Assembly: GCA_902615625.1 (NCBI GenBank)
Contig: CACMPM010000001.1
Span: 169-64,168, forward strand
Direction: 5' to 3'
Origin: an uncultured Alphaproteobacteria bacterium
GTDB taxonomy: Bacteria; Pseudomonadota; Alphaproteobacteria; HIMB59; GCA-002718135
Length of the DNA stretch: 64,000 nucleotides
Shown here one piece after another: positions 10,546 to 21,173 of this stretch (its first letter is position 1; every line of letters starts with the position of its first letter). The position numbers were made by a program, and so were the translations under genes. The notes beneath the pieces were generated by a model. That model had not been told where the DNA came from and ran no database searches. It saw only the letters and a program-made list of their open reading frames with translations.

Positions 10546-11247
10546 ATGAATAAAAGAATTTTACTAAAGATCTCAGGTGAATCACTTATGGGATCATCCA
10601 ACTATGGTATAGATGTTTCAACAATAAACAAAATTTCTAATGAAATTAAAAATGTATACAAAAAAAAATATCAAATATGTTTAATAATTGGAGGGGGGAA
10701 CATTTTTAGGGGGATTAAAGGTGCTTCTGAAGGAATTGACAGATCGACATCTGATTATATGGGTATGTTAGCTACTGTAATGAATGCATTATCTTTACAG
10801 AGTAGTCTAGAAAAAATTAATGTACCAACAAGAGTTCAATCAGCAATAACGATGTCACAAATAGCTGAACCTTATATTAGAAGAAGGGCAATCAGACACT
10901 TAGAGAGAAATAGAATTGTTATATTTGCTGCAGGAACTGGTAATCCATTTTTTTCTACAGATACCGCCGCTACCTTAAGAGCATCAGAATTAGACTGTAA
11001 ATTAATTATTAAAGCAACAAAGGTTGATGGCATATACAATAAAGATCCAGTAAAAAATAAAAATGCTAATTTAATTAAAAATATTACATACAATGAGGTT
11101 ATAAATAAAAATTTAAAGGTCATGGATTTAACTGCAATTAGTCTAGCAAAAGATACAAAAATACCAATTTTCATTACTAATATTTTTAAAAAAAACTCCT
11201 TAATTAATGTTTTGAATCGCAAAGGTTCATATAGTAAGATAAGTTAA
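10546..11247 (+). CDS. pyrH: UMP kinase
   Basis: ILLKISGESL, GGGNIFRG and AAGTGNPFFSTDTAA motifs are present. Confidence 0.95.
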   Translation: MNKRILLKISGESLMGSSNYGIDVSTINKISNEIKNVYKKKYQICLIIGGGNIFRGIKGASEGIDRSTSDYMGMLATVMNALSLQSSLEKINVPTRVQSAITMSQIAEPYIRRRAIRHLERNRIVIFAAGTGNPFFSTDTAATLRASELDCKLIIKATKVDGIYNKDPVKNKNANLIKNITYNEVINKNLKVMDLTAISLAKDTKIPIFITNIFKKNSLINVLNRKGSYSKIS

Positions 11248-11249
11248 TT

Positions 11250-11792
11250 ATGAGAGACTTTGAAAATAAAATGAATGCAACTGTTTCACATTTTGAAAAG
11301 GAATTAAATTCATTAAGAACTTCAAGAGCTAATCCATCAATGTTAGATAATATCTTAGTTGACGCTTATGGCTCAAAAACCCAATTAAATCAGCTTGGTA
11401 ATATTTCAGTTCAGGACGCAAATACAATTACAATTCAAGTATGGGATTCATCTTTAACTAAATCGATTGAAAATGCAATTACTGAGTCAAATCTAGGTAT
11501 CAATCCTCAAACAGATGGGCAACTTATCAGATTACCAATTCCCAAATTAAGTGAAGAAAGAAGGATAGAGATAATTAAAATAGCATCAGAATTTGCAGAA
11601 AATTCTAAGGTTCGAATAAGAAATATAAGAAGAGATTTTATTGAAGTATCAAAAAATGAAAAAAAAGAATTAAATCTTTCTGAAGATGAATTAAAAAGAA
11701 AATTAAATGAAATTCAAAAAATAACTGATAATAACATAGATAAAATTGACAAAATATTAGAATTAAAAAAAACTGATATTTTGAAAGTATAA
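11250..11792 (+). CDS. frr: Ribosome recycling factor
   Basis: 180 aa with LRTSRANPSMLDNILVDAYGS and IRNIRRD motifs. Confidence 0.95.
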   Translation: MRDFENKMNATVSHFEKELNSLRTSRANPSMLDNILVDAYGSKTQLNQLGNISVQDANTITIQVWDSSLTKSIENAITESNLGINPQTDGQLIRLPIPKLSEERRIEIIKIASEFAENSKVRIRNIRRDFIEVSKNEKKELNLSEDELKRKLNEIQKITDNNIDKIDKILELKKTDILKV

Positions 11793-11798
11793 TTCTCG

Positions 11799-12479
11799 TT
11801 GAATAAATTAAATCATATCGCCTTAATACTTGATGGTAACAAACGGTGGGCTAAAAACAATAATCAATCAATCTTGAATGGATATACAAAAGGATTTGAA
11901 AATATAAAAAAAATAGTAAAATATACTTTAATTAAAAAAATTTCAAATTTAACTATCTTCGCATTGTCATCAGAAAATTTAAATCGATCTTCAGTCAATA
12001 TAATCTATGAAATAATATATGACAATTTTTCTAAAACATTTAATGATTTGGTAAAAGAAAAAGGTGTAAAAATAAAAATTTTTGGTACTAAAAAAAATTT
12101 ACCTCAGAAAATATTAGAAATTTTCAAAAATATTGAAGAATCCTCACTAAATAATAAAAATTTAAATTTAAATATTGCATTTAATTATGGTTTTAAAGAC
12201 GAAATCAAAAACATCTTAACAAATATTATCAAAAAGGAGATCAACATTAATCTTGATAATAAAAAAAATATAGATAACTTATTTTTTTTAGGACAACTTC
12301 CTGATCCAGATATACTGATAAGGACTGGAGGTCATAAGCGATTAAGTAATTTTATTATGTATAATTTAACTTATACAGAATTATTTTTCTCTGAAACTTT
12401 GTGGCCAGACTTTTCTGAAAAAGAGTTTAACTCAATTATAAATCAATATTTAAATATTGATAGAAAATATGGATTATAA
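11799..12479 (+). CDS. uppS: Undecaprenyl diphosphate synthase
   Basis: IALILDGNKRWA and IRTGGHKRLSNF motifs; TTG start. Confidence 0.9.
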   Translation: MNKLNHIALILDGNKRWAKNNNQSILNGYTKGFENIKKIVKYTLIKKISNLTIFALSSENLNRSSVNIIYEIIYDNFSKTFNDLVKEKGVKIKIFGTKKNLPQKILEIFKNIEESSLNNKNLNLNIAFNYGFKDEIKNILTNIIKKEININLDNKKNIDNLFFLGQLPDPDILIRTGGHKRLSNFIMYNLTYTELFFSETLWPDFSEKEFNSIINQYLNIDRKYGL

Positions 12480-13086
12480 TAATTTATTACTAAGGTTATT
12501 ATTTTCAAGTTTTTTTATTTCAGTATATTGTATTTTTACTTATATAAATTTTGTATATGTATACTATTTAATTTTTTTAATTTATCTTTTAATTTTTATT
12601 GAAATTTATCTGTATTTTAAATCATATAAATTTATGCCATTTTTATACATATTTATTTCTTTTGCATTTTTTATAGCTATTGATTTTGATAAAATAATAT
12701 TATTAAATTTTAATTTATTTATATTAATTGTCATATCTTTTGATATATTTTCTTACATTATAGGTAAAAACTTTGGAAAAAATAATTTTACTAAGCTCAG
12801 TCCAAATAAAACATACGAAGGTCTTTTTGGTGGCTTTCTATCATCTTTTTTCTTATCTTTATTATTTGCTTTTATTTTTAAGATAAATGTAAATGTAGAA
12901 TTAATATTTTATATATTATTAATTATAATATGTGCTTTTATAGGTGATATGATTGAGTCATTTTTCAAAAGAAAAAATAATCTAAAGAATTCAAGTGAAT
13001 TTATACCCGGTCACGGTGGAGTATTCGATAGATTTGATAGTTTTTTATTTTCAATTATTATTTATTCTATATCAATTATTATTTAA
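12457..13086 (+). CDS. cdsA: Phosphatidate cytidylyltransferase (short form)
   Basis: C-terminal signature GDMIESFFKRK...GHGGVFDRFDS on a polytopic membrane protein. The start is either TTG at 12457 or ATG at 12469. Confidence 0.85.
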   Translation: MIENMDYNNLLLRLLFSSFFISVYCIFTYINFVYVYYLIFLIYLLIFIEIYLYFKSYKFMPFLYIFISFAFFIAIDFDKIILLNFNLFILIVISFDIFSYIIGKNFGKNNFTKLSPNKTYEGLFGGFLSSFFLSLLFAFIFKINVNVELIFYILLIIICAFIGDMIESFFKRKNNLKNSSEFIPGHGGVFDRFDSFLFSIIIYSISIII

Positions 13087-13088
13087 CA

Positions 13089-14231
13089 ATGAGAATTAAT
13101 ATTTTCGGCAGTACAGGTGTTATAGGTAAAAAAACCTTATCTCTTATTGATAAGCATTTTCCAGATTTAAATGTGGATTTATTATGTGCTAAGTCAAATT
13201 TAAAATTACTAATTAATCAAATAAAAAAATATAAACCTAAATATGCTTTTTTACACGATCATGAAAAAATTTCTAAGTTTGATTATAAAATTGGTAAAAC
13301 TAAATTTCTAAATTTAGATGAATTAAAAAGCTTTTTATTATCTAGTAAATCTAATTTAAGTTTATTAGCAATATCAGGATACAAATCATTATATTTTTTA
13401 GAAAATATAATTCAAAATACAGATAATTTAGGTATTGTTTCGAAGGAGGCTATTGTTTCTGGAGGACATATTTTTAAAAAAAAAAATTTTTTTAATAAAA
13501 CAAAAATATTTCCTATCGACTCTGAACATTTTTCATTATTTGAATTATTTAACAAAATAAATACTAAAATAAAAATAAATAGAATTATTTTAACTGCTTC
13601 TGGTGGTCCATTTTACAAAAAAAAATTTGATTCTTTAAAAAATATAAAATTTGAACAAGCAATTAAACACCCAAAATGGAAAATGGGATACAAAAATAGT
13701 ATCGACTCAGCAACACTTGTAAACAAATGCTTAGAATTAATAGAGGCTCATTATTTATTTGATATACCTTTCAATCAAATGGAAGTACTGATTCACCCTG
13801 AAGCTCTAGTGCACTCTATTGTAGAATTTGATAATTATATAACTCAACTGAATTTATTTCAAAATGACATGGGTATTCCAATTTTAAATTTTCTTTGCCA
13901 ATCAAAAACCAAATACAAATTTAATGATAAAAAATATTTAATTAATAGATATACAAATTTAAATTTTAATGATGTAAAAGAAGATATATTTCCTATCTAT
14001 AAATTTTTTAATAATATAAATAAAAAAAAACCAGAAAATTTGATTAAATTTAACATTGGTAATGAGTTTGCAGTAAATCTATACAAAAATGATAAGATAA
14101 AATATACAGATATTTACAAAATAATTAAAAAAGTAACATCTTTAAATTTGTATTCTTCACTAAACACTATTAAAGATATTATTCAATATCATGAAGAAGT
14201 TGAAAAAAAACTACAAAATTTTAAAATATAA
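13089..14231 (+). CDS. dxr: 1-deoxy-D-xylulose 5-phosphate reductoisomerase
   Basis: IFGSTGVIGKKTL NADPH-binding site, plus DSEHFSLFE, ASGGPF and HPKWKMG motifs. Confidence 0.93.
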   Translation: MRINIFGSTGVIGKKTLSLIDKHFPDLNVDLLCAKSNLKLLINQIKKYKPKYAFLHDHEKISKFDYKIGKTKFLNLDELKSFLLSSKSNLSLLAISGYKSLYFLENIIQNTDNLGIVSKEAIVSGGHIFKKKNFFNKTKIFPIDSEHFSLFELFNKINTKIKINRIILTASGGPFYKKKFDSLKNIKFEQAIKHPKWKMGYKNSIDSATLVNKCLELIEAHYLFDIPFNQMEVLIHPEALVHSIVEFDNYITQLNLFQNDMGIPILNFLCQSKTKYKFNDKKYLINRYTNLNFNDVKEDIFPIYKFFNNINKKKPENLIKFNIGNEFAVNLYKNDKIKYTDIYKIIKKVTSLNLYSSLNTIKDIIQYHEEVEKKLQNFKI

Positions 14232-16464
14232 GTTAATTCTTTTTTTTGTTTTTTCCTCTTTAACAAAACCATTATTTTCTAATGAAATTTTATTTGACAT
14301 ACAGGGTAATGACTTTACTGATACTGAAGCAATACTATCAATTTTAAACGAAATACCAGATACTTCAAATAAAGAATCTACAAATGATATAATTAGAGTT
14401 TTAAATGAATCAAATCTTTTTTCAGATGTACAAGTAAAACTGTTAGAAAATAAATATTTAATTATTGTTAAAGAGCATCCTACTATTGACGTATTAAATT
14501 TTAAAAATAATGAAAGACTAAAAGATGAAGATTTGCAGCTTATTGCTTCTCAAATTAATTTTACAAAATTTAATAAACCTTCCATAAATTTATTTATAAA
14601 AGAATTAAAAAATACATATCAATCATTTGGATATAATAATGTACAAATTTACTATTCAGAAACAAAATATCCTCAAACAAATACTGTTGACTTAGATTTT
14701 GATATAAATGAAGGTAAAATTACAAAGATAAATAAAATAATTATTAATAGTAATAGTTCTACTTTAGATGAGGATATTAGATCGATAATTAAATCAAAAA
14801 CAAAAACAATTTCTAATATCTTTGCAAATAATAATTATAAACCTAATGTTGTTGAACGAGATAAATATTTAATTAGCAATTATTTTAAAGAATATGGTTA
14901 TATTGACGTAAAAGTAGAAACAAAAATTGAATATTTAAAAACTAATAGAGTTAATATTTATTTTTACATAGAAGAAGGTGATGAATATTCTTTTTCTTCA
15001 ATAAATGTTGACGATAGTAAAAGTATTTTAGATAATGAAGCATTAGACAGAGTAAATAAAAAAATAGAACTATTTTTGAGTGATCATGCAATATTTTCAA
15101 TTAAAAAAATTAATAATCTTAAAAAAAGTCTTTCATCTATTGTTTTAGAAAGTGGAATTGAATTTTTTGAAATTCAGACATTTGAAAAAAAAGAAAATAA
15201 TAATTCAGTCGCGGTTTTATTTCAAATTTTACCAATTATACCACATTACACTAATCAAATTAATGTCATTGGTAATTCGAGAACTTTAGATCATGTAATT
15301 AGAAGAGAATTAGAAATTGTAGAGGGTGATGCAATTTACGATAGTCAAATTGAAATTATCAGAGATAAACTAATTTCATTAAATTTATTTGAAACTGTAA
15401 ATCTTAAAAAAGAAGAAATTGAAGACAATAAAATTAATCTTACTATTGAGGTAGAAGAAAAGCAGACAGGTGTATTTAACGCAGGTGTTTCAGTTGGTAC
15501 TCTTGATGGATTTTCAATTGTTACTGGAATGAGAGAGAGAAATTTTTATGGAACTGGGAGGTCTTTAGATGTTCTAGTAAATACCTCTGATGATAAGAAT
15601 CAATTTAAATTAATTACTACAGATAGATTATCCTACGAAAATGATGCTGATATTAGTTATAGTGTTAACTACAAACAAGAAGACTTCTCTAATGCAAGTT
15701 CTTATAAATTAGATACATTTTCATCTGGTGTTGGAATTGGATATATAGTTAATGATGATCTCTATCATAATTTCGATTTTGAATATGCATTAAAGGATTA
15801 TAAAGTTACAAATTCATCTACAGTTTCAAACACAATTTTAAATTCTTCTGGTTCAAATGTAAGCTTTTTGATTAAAAATAACTTGAGATATTCTACATTA
15901 AATAGAGGGTTTATTTCAAAAACTGGTAATTATATTAATTTTAATAATATTATTGAAACACCAACTAGCTCTAATAATGGGTTTGTAAAAAATCTATTTA
16001 CTGTAAAAAAATACTTTAATAGTAATAATAGTATTTTTGGATTTCATGGTAAGTTTGGTAACATATTTTCATTAAACAATAATGATATTGTCACTGATGA
16101 TAAATTTTCACTAGGAGGTAAGTCGCTTAGAGGATTTGATTCATATGGAGTAGGTCCCCGTAACTCAAGAACATCTTATATTGGGGGAAATAATCTAGCT
16201 GTTTTAAAATTAGATTATTCATATGAAATAACTCGCCAATCCAATTTTCCTTTATATTTAAATATTTTTAATGATTATGGATTGATTTGGGAAAATAAAA
16301 CTACTCCTACTCAAAGTGATAATAATATAAGATCTTCTGTAGGATTTGGAATAAAATACTATTCACCAGTAGGCCCAATAGGATTAACATGGGGATTCCC
16401 AATAATGGATGAAGAATATGATATTAAGAGAATGTTCTTATTTTCAGTAGGCAATTTAGATTGA
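14191..16464 (+). CDS. bamA: Outer membrane protein assembly factor BamA
   Basis: 757 aa with a signal peptide, repeated POTRA-like modules and a C-terminal Omp85 barrel. It sits between dxr and skp and overlaps dxr by 41 nt. Confidence 0.9.
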   Translation: MKKLKKNYKILKYKLILFFVFSSLTKPLFSNEILFDIQGNDFTDTEAILSILNEIPDTSNKESTNDIIRVLNESNLFSDVQVKLLENKYLIIVKEHPTIDVLNFKNNERLKDEDLQLIASQINFTKFNKPSINLFIKELKNTYQSFGYNNVQIYYSETKYPQTNTVDLDFDINEGKITKINKIIINSNSSTLDEDIRSIIKSKTKTISNIFANNNYKPNVVERDKYLISNYFKEYGYIDVKVETKIEYLKTNRVNIYFYIEEGDEYSFSSINVDDSKSILDNEALDRVNKKIELFLSDHAIFSIKKINNLKKSLSSIVLESGIEFFEIQTFEKKENNNSVAVLFQILPIIPHYTNQINVIGNSRTLDHVIRRELEIVEGDAIYDSQIEIIRDKLISLNLFETVNLKKEEIEDNKINLTIEVEEKQTGVFNAGVSVGTLDGFSIVTGMRERNFYGTGRSLDVLVNTSDDKNQFKLITTDRLSYENDADISYSVNYKQEDFSNASSYKLDTFSSGVGIGYIVNDDLYHNFDFEYALKDYKVTNSSTVSNTILNSSGSNVSFLIKNNLRYSTLNRGFISKTGNYINFNNIIETPTSSNNGFVKNLFTVKKYFNSNNSIFGFHGKFGNIFSLNNNDIVTDDKFSLGGKSLRGFDSYGVGPRNSRTSYIGGNNLAVLKLDYSYEITRQSNFPLYLNIFNDYGLIWENKTTPTQSDNNIRSSVGFGIKYYSPVGPIGLTWGFPIMDEEYDIKRMFLFSVGNLD

Positions 16465-16994
16465 AGTTAATTTGTATTATAATTTTTCTTTTTATAAATA
16501 TTTTCTCATTTAATATTTTTTCACAAACGATAGTTGTTGTGGATGTTCAGTCTTTGATTGATAACAATGAAACTTACCAAAAAACTTTAAATGACATTGA
16601 AATAAATCAGGAAAAACATCTAAAAGATTTTAATATAATGGAAAATAAATTAATCATAAAACTTAATGATATTGAAGAATCTAAACTAATTCTAACCGAA
16701 GAAGAAATTAATAAAAAAATTGAAGATTATAATAATGAGTTATCTCAATTTAGTATAAAAATTGAAGAATTTAATTTCCATTATGAAAATGAAATTATTA
16801 AAGTAAGGGAAGCAATTTTTAAAGAAATCTTAAAATTACTGGAAAAATATGCCCTTGAAAATAGTGTTGATTTAATATTAGACTCCACTAGTTATTTGAT
16901 AGCTTCCAATTCATTAGATATAACTATTGTTATAAATAGTGAATTAGAGAAATTAAATTTAAATTTGGAATATAAAGACTTTGAAAAAAATTAA
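16461..16994 (+). CDS. skp: OmpH/Skp-family periplasmic chaperone
   Basis: 177 aa with a signal peptide and a long charged coiled-coil region. It occupies the conserved position between bamA and lpxD. TTG start. Confidence 0.7.
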   Translation: MKLICIIIFLFINIFSFNIFSQTIVVVDVQSLIDNNETYQKTLNDIEINQEKHLKDFNIMENKLIIKLNDIEESKLILTEEEINKKIEDYNNELSQFSIKIEEFNFHYENEIIKVREAIFKEILKLLEKYALENSVDLILDSTSYLIASNSLDITIVINSELEKLNLNLEYKDFEKN

Positions 16995-17967
16995 ATATAA
17001 AGAAATTAAAGAAATATTAGAAAAAAATTCTTTAAAAGTTAAATCATTAATATCTAATGAAGAAATATTTTTAAGTTTTAAAACTATTTCAAATTCATCT
17101 GAAAATGACTTATCTTTTTTTTCAAATATTAGATATCTCAACGATTTAAGAAAAATAAAAGCTAAAGCATGCTTAATCGAAGAAAAGTTTATAAGTTATC
17201 TTCCTAATAATTGCTTTCCAATTATAGTTGAGGATCCATATTTAGCCTTAGCTTTTGTAACTAATTTATTTCATAATGAAGTTTTGCAATCAAATGGAGT
17301 CATTTCAAACAATACCTCTATAGATTCAAATAGTAAAATTGAAAAATATGTTCAAATTAATCCATTTACAATGATTTTTCATAATACTGAAATCAAAGAA
17401 GGTTCTTATATTGGATCAAATTCAAGTATTGGCCCAAATGTTATTATTAATAAAAAAGTTGTTATTCATGATAACGTCTCTATTTCAAATGCAATAATAA
17501 TGGAAAATTGTATAATTAAGTCAGGTGCCAGAATAGGTGGTACCGGTTTTGGCTTTGAGATGAAAACTAAACAGAAAATTAGTCATAGTGGCAATGTTGT
17601 AGTTGGAAAAAATTCATCAATTGGCTCGAATACAACTATTGATAGAGCGGTTTTTGAGTCAACTTCGATAGGAGAATTTTCAAATATAGATAATTTAGTT
17701 CAAATAGCTCATAATGTTGATATTGGAAATTTCGCTGTAATTGCCGCTCAAGTTGGTATTGCTGGAAGTACTAAAATTGGTGACTATGTTACAATTGGAG
17801 GACAAGCAGGTATATCCGGTCATTTAGTAATAGGGGATAATGTTACAATAGCTGGTAAAAGTGGCGTAACAAAAAACATAAGTAACAATTCAACAATTGC
17901 TGGTTTCCCAGCAAAGGATATTAAATTATGGAAAAAAGAGATAATACGAAATAGCTTAAGAAAATGA
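16981..17967 (+). CDS. lpxD: UDP-3-O-acylglucosamine N-acyltransferase
   Basis: 328 aa with left-handed beta-helix hexapeptide repeats in the C-terminal half; conserved synteny. Confidence 0.9.
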   Translation: MKKIKYKEIKEILEKNSLKVKSLISNEEIFLSFKTISNSSENDLSFFSNIRYLNDLRKIKAKACLIEEKFISYLPNNCFPIIVEDPYLALAFVTNLFHNEVLQSNGVISNNTSIDSNSKIEKYVQINPFTMIFHNTEIKEGSYIGSNSSIGPNVIINKKVVIHDNVSISNAIIMENCIIKSGARIGGTGFGFEMKTKQKISHSGNVVVGKNSSIGSNTTIDRAVFESTSIGEFSNIDNLVQIAHNVDIGNFAVIAAQVGIAGSTKIGDYVTIGGQAGISGHLVIGDNVTIAGKSGVTKNISNNSTIAGFPAKDIKLWKKEIIRNSLRK

Positions 17968-18398
17968 AATTAAGCACCGAAGAAATTAAAAAATTGATAC
18001 CTCATAGAGATCCATTTTTATTTGTTGATACTTGTGAAATAATCAAACCAGGCGACCATGGAAAATCTGAAAAATTATTTTCGACAAATGAATATTTTTT
18101 TAAGGGGCATTTTCCTGATAATCCAATAGTTCCTGGAGTAATTATTATTGAAGCAATGGCTCAAACAGCTGGAATAGTTGTGTCATACAAACTTAGAGAA
18201 TTTAAAGAAAAGTCAGTTTTATTTATGAGTGTGAATAAAGCAAAATTTAGAAAACCTATTCGCCCAGATGAAAAAGTTTCATTTGAAGTAAAATTTATTA
18301 ATAGTGTTAGAGATGTTTATAAATTTGAAGGTACTTGCTATAAAGAAGATATAAAAGTAAGTGAGGCTGAGTTTTCAGCTATGATTACATATAAGTAA
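17964..18398 (+). CDS. fabZ: 3-hydroxyacyl-ACP dehydratase FabZ
   Basis: HRDPFLFVD and FKGHFPDNPIVPGV motifs. Confidence 0.95.
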   Translation: MKLSTEEIKKLIPHRDPFLFVDTCEIIKPGDHGKSEKLFSTNEYFFKGHFPDNPIVPGVIIIEAMAQTAGIVVSYKLREFKEKSVLFMSVNKAKFRKPIRPDEKVSFEVKFINSVRDVYKFEGTCYKEDIKVSEAEFSAMITYK

Positions 18399-18458
18399 TA
18401 ATCAGAAATATATTATTTATTTTAAGTTACATTTTCATAATTTAATAGAACTAAACAT

Positions 18459-19244
18459 ATGATCCATCCTTCATCTATTATTGCAAAAAATGCAGAAATT
18501 CATGAAACAACACATATTGGCCCTTTCTGTATCATTGGGGATGGGGTTAGAATTGGAGAAAATAATAATTTAATTTCTCATGTTTCTATCGTTGGAGATA
18601 CAACTATAGAAAACAGTAACACTTTTTATCCATTTTGTTCAATTGGTTCTGAACCTCAAGATTTAAAATACAATAAAGAAAAATCTTTTTTAAAAATTGG
18701 CAGTAACAATAAATTTAGAGAAAATGTTACCGTAAATCCAGGGACATCAGGAGGCGGATTAAATACAATTATATCTAATAACTGTCTATTTATGGTAGGT
18801 TCTCACGTAGCACATGATTGTATTATTAAATCAAATGTTATTTTAGCCAACAATGCCACTCTTGCAGGACATGTAGAAATTGATCATAACGCAATTTTAG
18901 GAGGTAATTCAGCAATTCATCAATTTGTTAGAATAGGAAAATATGCAATGATTGGTGGTATGAGCGGTGTTGAAAAAGATATTATTCCATATGGTTTGTA
19001 TACAGGAATAAGAGAAAATTTGAAAAGCTTAAACCTTATTGGTTTAAAAAGAAAAGGCTTAACATCTAATACAATCAATGAAATTAAAAGTCTCATAAAT
19101 ATAATTTTTGATAAAAATGATACAATTGAAAATAATATTAAAAATAAGTTTGTTGAAAGTTCTGAAATTTTAGAAATTAAGGAAGTAATTGAATTTTTGA
19201 ACTCAAATTCAAAAAGAGGCATTACCACTTTTGAAAATGACTAA
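18459..19244 (+). CDS. lpxA: UDP-N-acetylglucosamine O-acyltransferase
   Basis: MIHPSSIIAKNAEI N-terminus, hexapeptide repeats, 261 aa. Confidence 0.93.
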   Translation: MIHPSSIIAKNAEIHETTHIGPFCIIGDGVRIGENNNLISHVSIVGDTTIENSNTFYPFCSIGSEPQDLKYNKEKSFLKIGSNNKFRENVTVNPGTSGGGLNTIISNNCLFMVGSHVAHDCIIKSNVILANNATLAGHVEIDHNAILGGNSAIHQFVRIGKYAMIGGMSGVEKDIIPYGLYTGIRENLKSLNLIGLKRKGLTSNTINEIKSLINIIFDKNDTIENNIKNKFVESSEILEIKEVIEFLNSNSKRGITTFEND

Positions 19245-20049
19245 AATAGGAATAATTGCTGGGGATGGTAGTTTACCTTTATATATTGGTAAATCACTAA
19301 TAAGTAAAAATTATAATGTTACATTTTTATCTTTAAATAATAAAAATAATATATTCTATAAAAACCATAATGTTGTAGATTTAGATATCTTATCAGTAAA
19401 AAAAATCTTTAAAGTTTTAGATACAAACAAAATAAAACATATAATATTTGCAGGAAGTATAAAACGACCTGGTATTAAAGATTTAGGTTTTGATTTGCCT
19501 ACATTGTTACTTGCTAAAAGTCTTTTATTAGAAAAAAAAGGTGACAATAATCTTTTAATGAGTTTGAAAAAATACTTTGAAACTAAAGGATATATTTTTT
19601 TTAATTGGACCAGATATTGTAAGGAATTGTTTTCAACAGAAATAAATTTAACAAAAATCAAACCTTCTAAAAACGCAATGCTAAATTTAGAAAAAGCAAA
19701 ATCTATATACCAAATTTATAAGAAACTAGATATTGGTCAGGCTATGATAATTCAAAATCAATTAGTTTTAGGATTAGAAGCTATAGAAGGAACTGATGAA
19801 TTGTTAAAAAGATGTAAAGAATATAAAAGAAAAGATGATAATGGTATACTGTTTAAATTTTCAAAACAAAACCAGAGTAATCTAATTGATATACCTTTAA
19901 TTGGTTTAGATACAGTAAAAAATTTAAAAAAATATAATTATGAAGGTCTATTTTTGCAAAAAAATAAATGTTTAATTTTAGATAAGAAAAAAATTATTGA
20001 TTATGCTAGTCAAAATAATTTATTTATCACATCAGTTGATCTAAATTGA
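19231..20049 (+). CDS. lpxI: UDP-2,3-diacylglucosamine pyrophosphatase LpxI (DUF1009)
   Basis: IGIIAGDGSLP N-terminus. It lies between lpxA and lpxB, as in Caulobacter-type lipid A clusters. The start is TTG at 19231 or ATG at 19237. Confidence 0.75.
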   Translation: MKMTKIGIIAGDGSLPLYIGKSLISKNYNVTFLSLNNKNNIFYKNHNVVDLDILSVKKIFKVLDTNKIKHIIFAGSIKRPGIKDLGFDLPTLLLAKSLLLEKKGDNNLLMSLKKYFETKGYIFFNWTRYCKELFSTEINLTKIKPSKNAMLNLEKAKSIYQIYKKLDIGQAMIIQNQLVLGLEAIEGTDELLKRCKEYKRKDDNGILFKFSKQNQSNLIDIPLIGLDTVKNLKKYNYEGLFLQKNKCLILDKKKIIDYASQNNLFITSVDLN

Positions 20050-21173
20050 AAAAAATAAAAATTTTTGTTTGTTGTACGGAACAATCTGGTGAAAATATTT
20101 GCTCAAATATTTTATCTAGAATGAATATAGATAAATATCAATTTGATGGAGTTTGTGGCAAACAATCTGAAAAATATGTGTCTAATAAAATTTATGATTT
20201 ATCAGAATTTAAATCTATTGGGCTTTTTGAAATAATGCTTTCAATTTCAAAATATTTAAAAATGATTAGAAGATTAAAAAACTATATTATTAAAAATGAT
20301 TATGATTTGGTTTTAACTATAGATTCACCAGATTTTAATTATAATCTTGTAAACCAATTAAGAAAATCAAATTATAAGAATAAAATAATACATGTAGTTG
20401 CTCCAACTGTTTGGGCTTGGAGATCATATAGGGCAAGAAAATTTGCAAATATTTTTGATGAAATTTTTCTATTGTTTAATTTTGAAAAAAAATATTTCAA
20501 TTTTGATAATCTAAATAAAACTTTTATTGGGCATCCAATTTTTCATATAAAAAAAAGAGAGAATCAAGGTAAATATAAATACCTCTCTTTTTTACCAGGT
20601 AGTAGACAAAATGAAGTATTAAAACTTATGAAATATTTCAGTTATATTGAAAAATATATATCTAAGAATAATCTTAATTATAAAATATTTATTCCAACTT
20701 TGCCTCATCTTGCCTCTTTAATTAAAGAAAAAACTAAGAAATGGAAAACTGAGACTTTAATCTCCACTGATATGAATAAATTTGATGAATATTATCAAAA
20801 TGTTTACTTAAGTATAACTTGCTCTGGTACTGCCTCTTTAGAAATTGCCAAAAGGAATATTCCTCAAATAGTGATCTATAAACTTAATTATTTCACAGAA
20901 ATTTTAATCAAGCCTTTTGTAAGAGTGAAATATGCTAATATTATAAATATTATAAGTAACAAAATGATTATTCCAGAAGTTGTTAACTCAAATTTAAATG
21001 AAAAAAAGCTATTAAATATTTTTCTAAATTTATTTAATGATAGAAAAAATCAAGAAACTCAAATTAACTCAATTAATATGCATCTTAAAGAAATTGTTAA
21101 TGATTTCAGCCCCTATGATGTTAGTGTTAATCGTATAAATAAGTTAATCAATCTTTCTTCCAAAGCCAATTAA
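20046..21173 (+). CDS. lpxB: Lipid-A-disaccharide synthase
   Basis: 375 aa GT19-like protein ([15 protein letters not shown]-terminus) in conserved synteny. TTG start. Confidence 0.9.
   Translation: MKKIKIFVCCTEQSGENICSNILSRMNIDKYQFDGVCGKQSEKYVSNKIYDLSEFKSIGLFEIMLSISKYLKMIRRLKNYIIKNDYDLVLTIDSPDFNYNLVNQLRKSNYKNKIIHVVAPTVWAWRSYRARKFANIFDEIFLLFNFEKKYFNFDNLNKTFIGHPIFHIKKRENQGKYKYLSFLPGSRQNEVLKLMKYFSYIEKYISKNNLNYKIFIPTLPHLASLIKEKTKKWKTETLISTDMNKFDEYYQNVYLSITCSGTASLEIAKRNIPQIVIYKLNYFTEILIKPFVRVKYANIINIISNKMIIPEVVNSNLNEKKLLNIFLNLFNDRKNQETQINSINMHLKEIVNDFSPYDVSVNRINKLINLSSKAN

Noticed and set aside
10872-11222. A 116-aa antisense ORF lies inside pyrH. Similar antisense or alternate-frame ORFs occur at 3927-4178, 4287-4544, 9216-9518, 18920-19228, 19356-19661, 26531-26857, 29216-29506, 44406-44789 and 51875-52219.
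   Set aside because: All lie wholly inside genes with clear family motifs. They have low-complexity Ile/Leu/Phe/Ser-rich translations and no recognisable domains. They are shadow ORFs of the real frames.
13476-13493. An A11 T7 homopolymer tract inside dxr could be a phase-variation or programmed-slippage site.
   Set aside because: The tract is read in frame (KKKNFF) within an essential single-copy gene. No alternative downstream frame is open. Such tracts are expected in Lys/Phe/Asn-rich coding sequence at this AT content.
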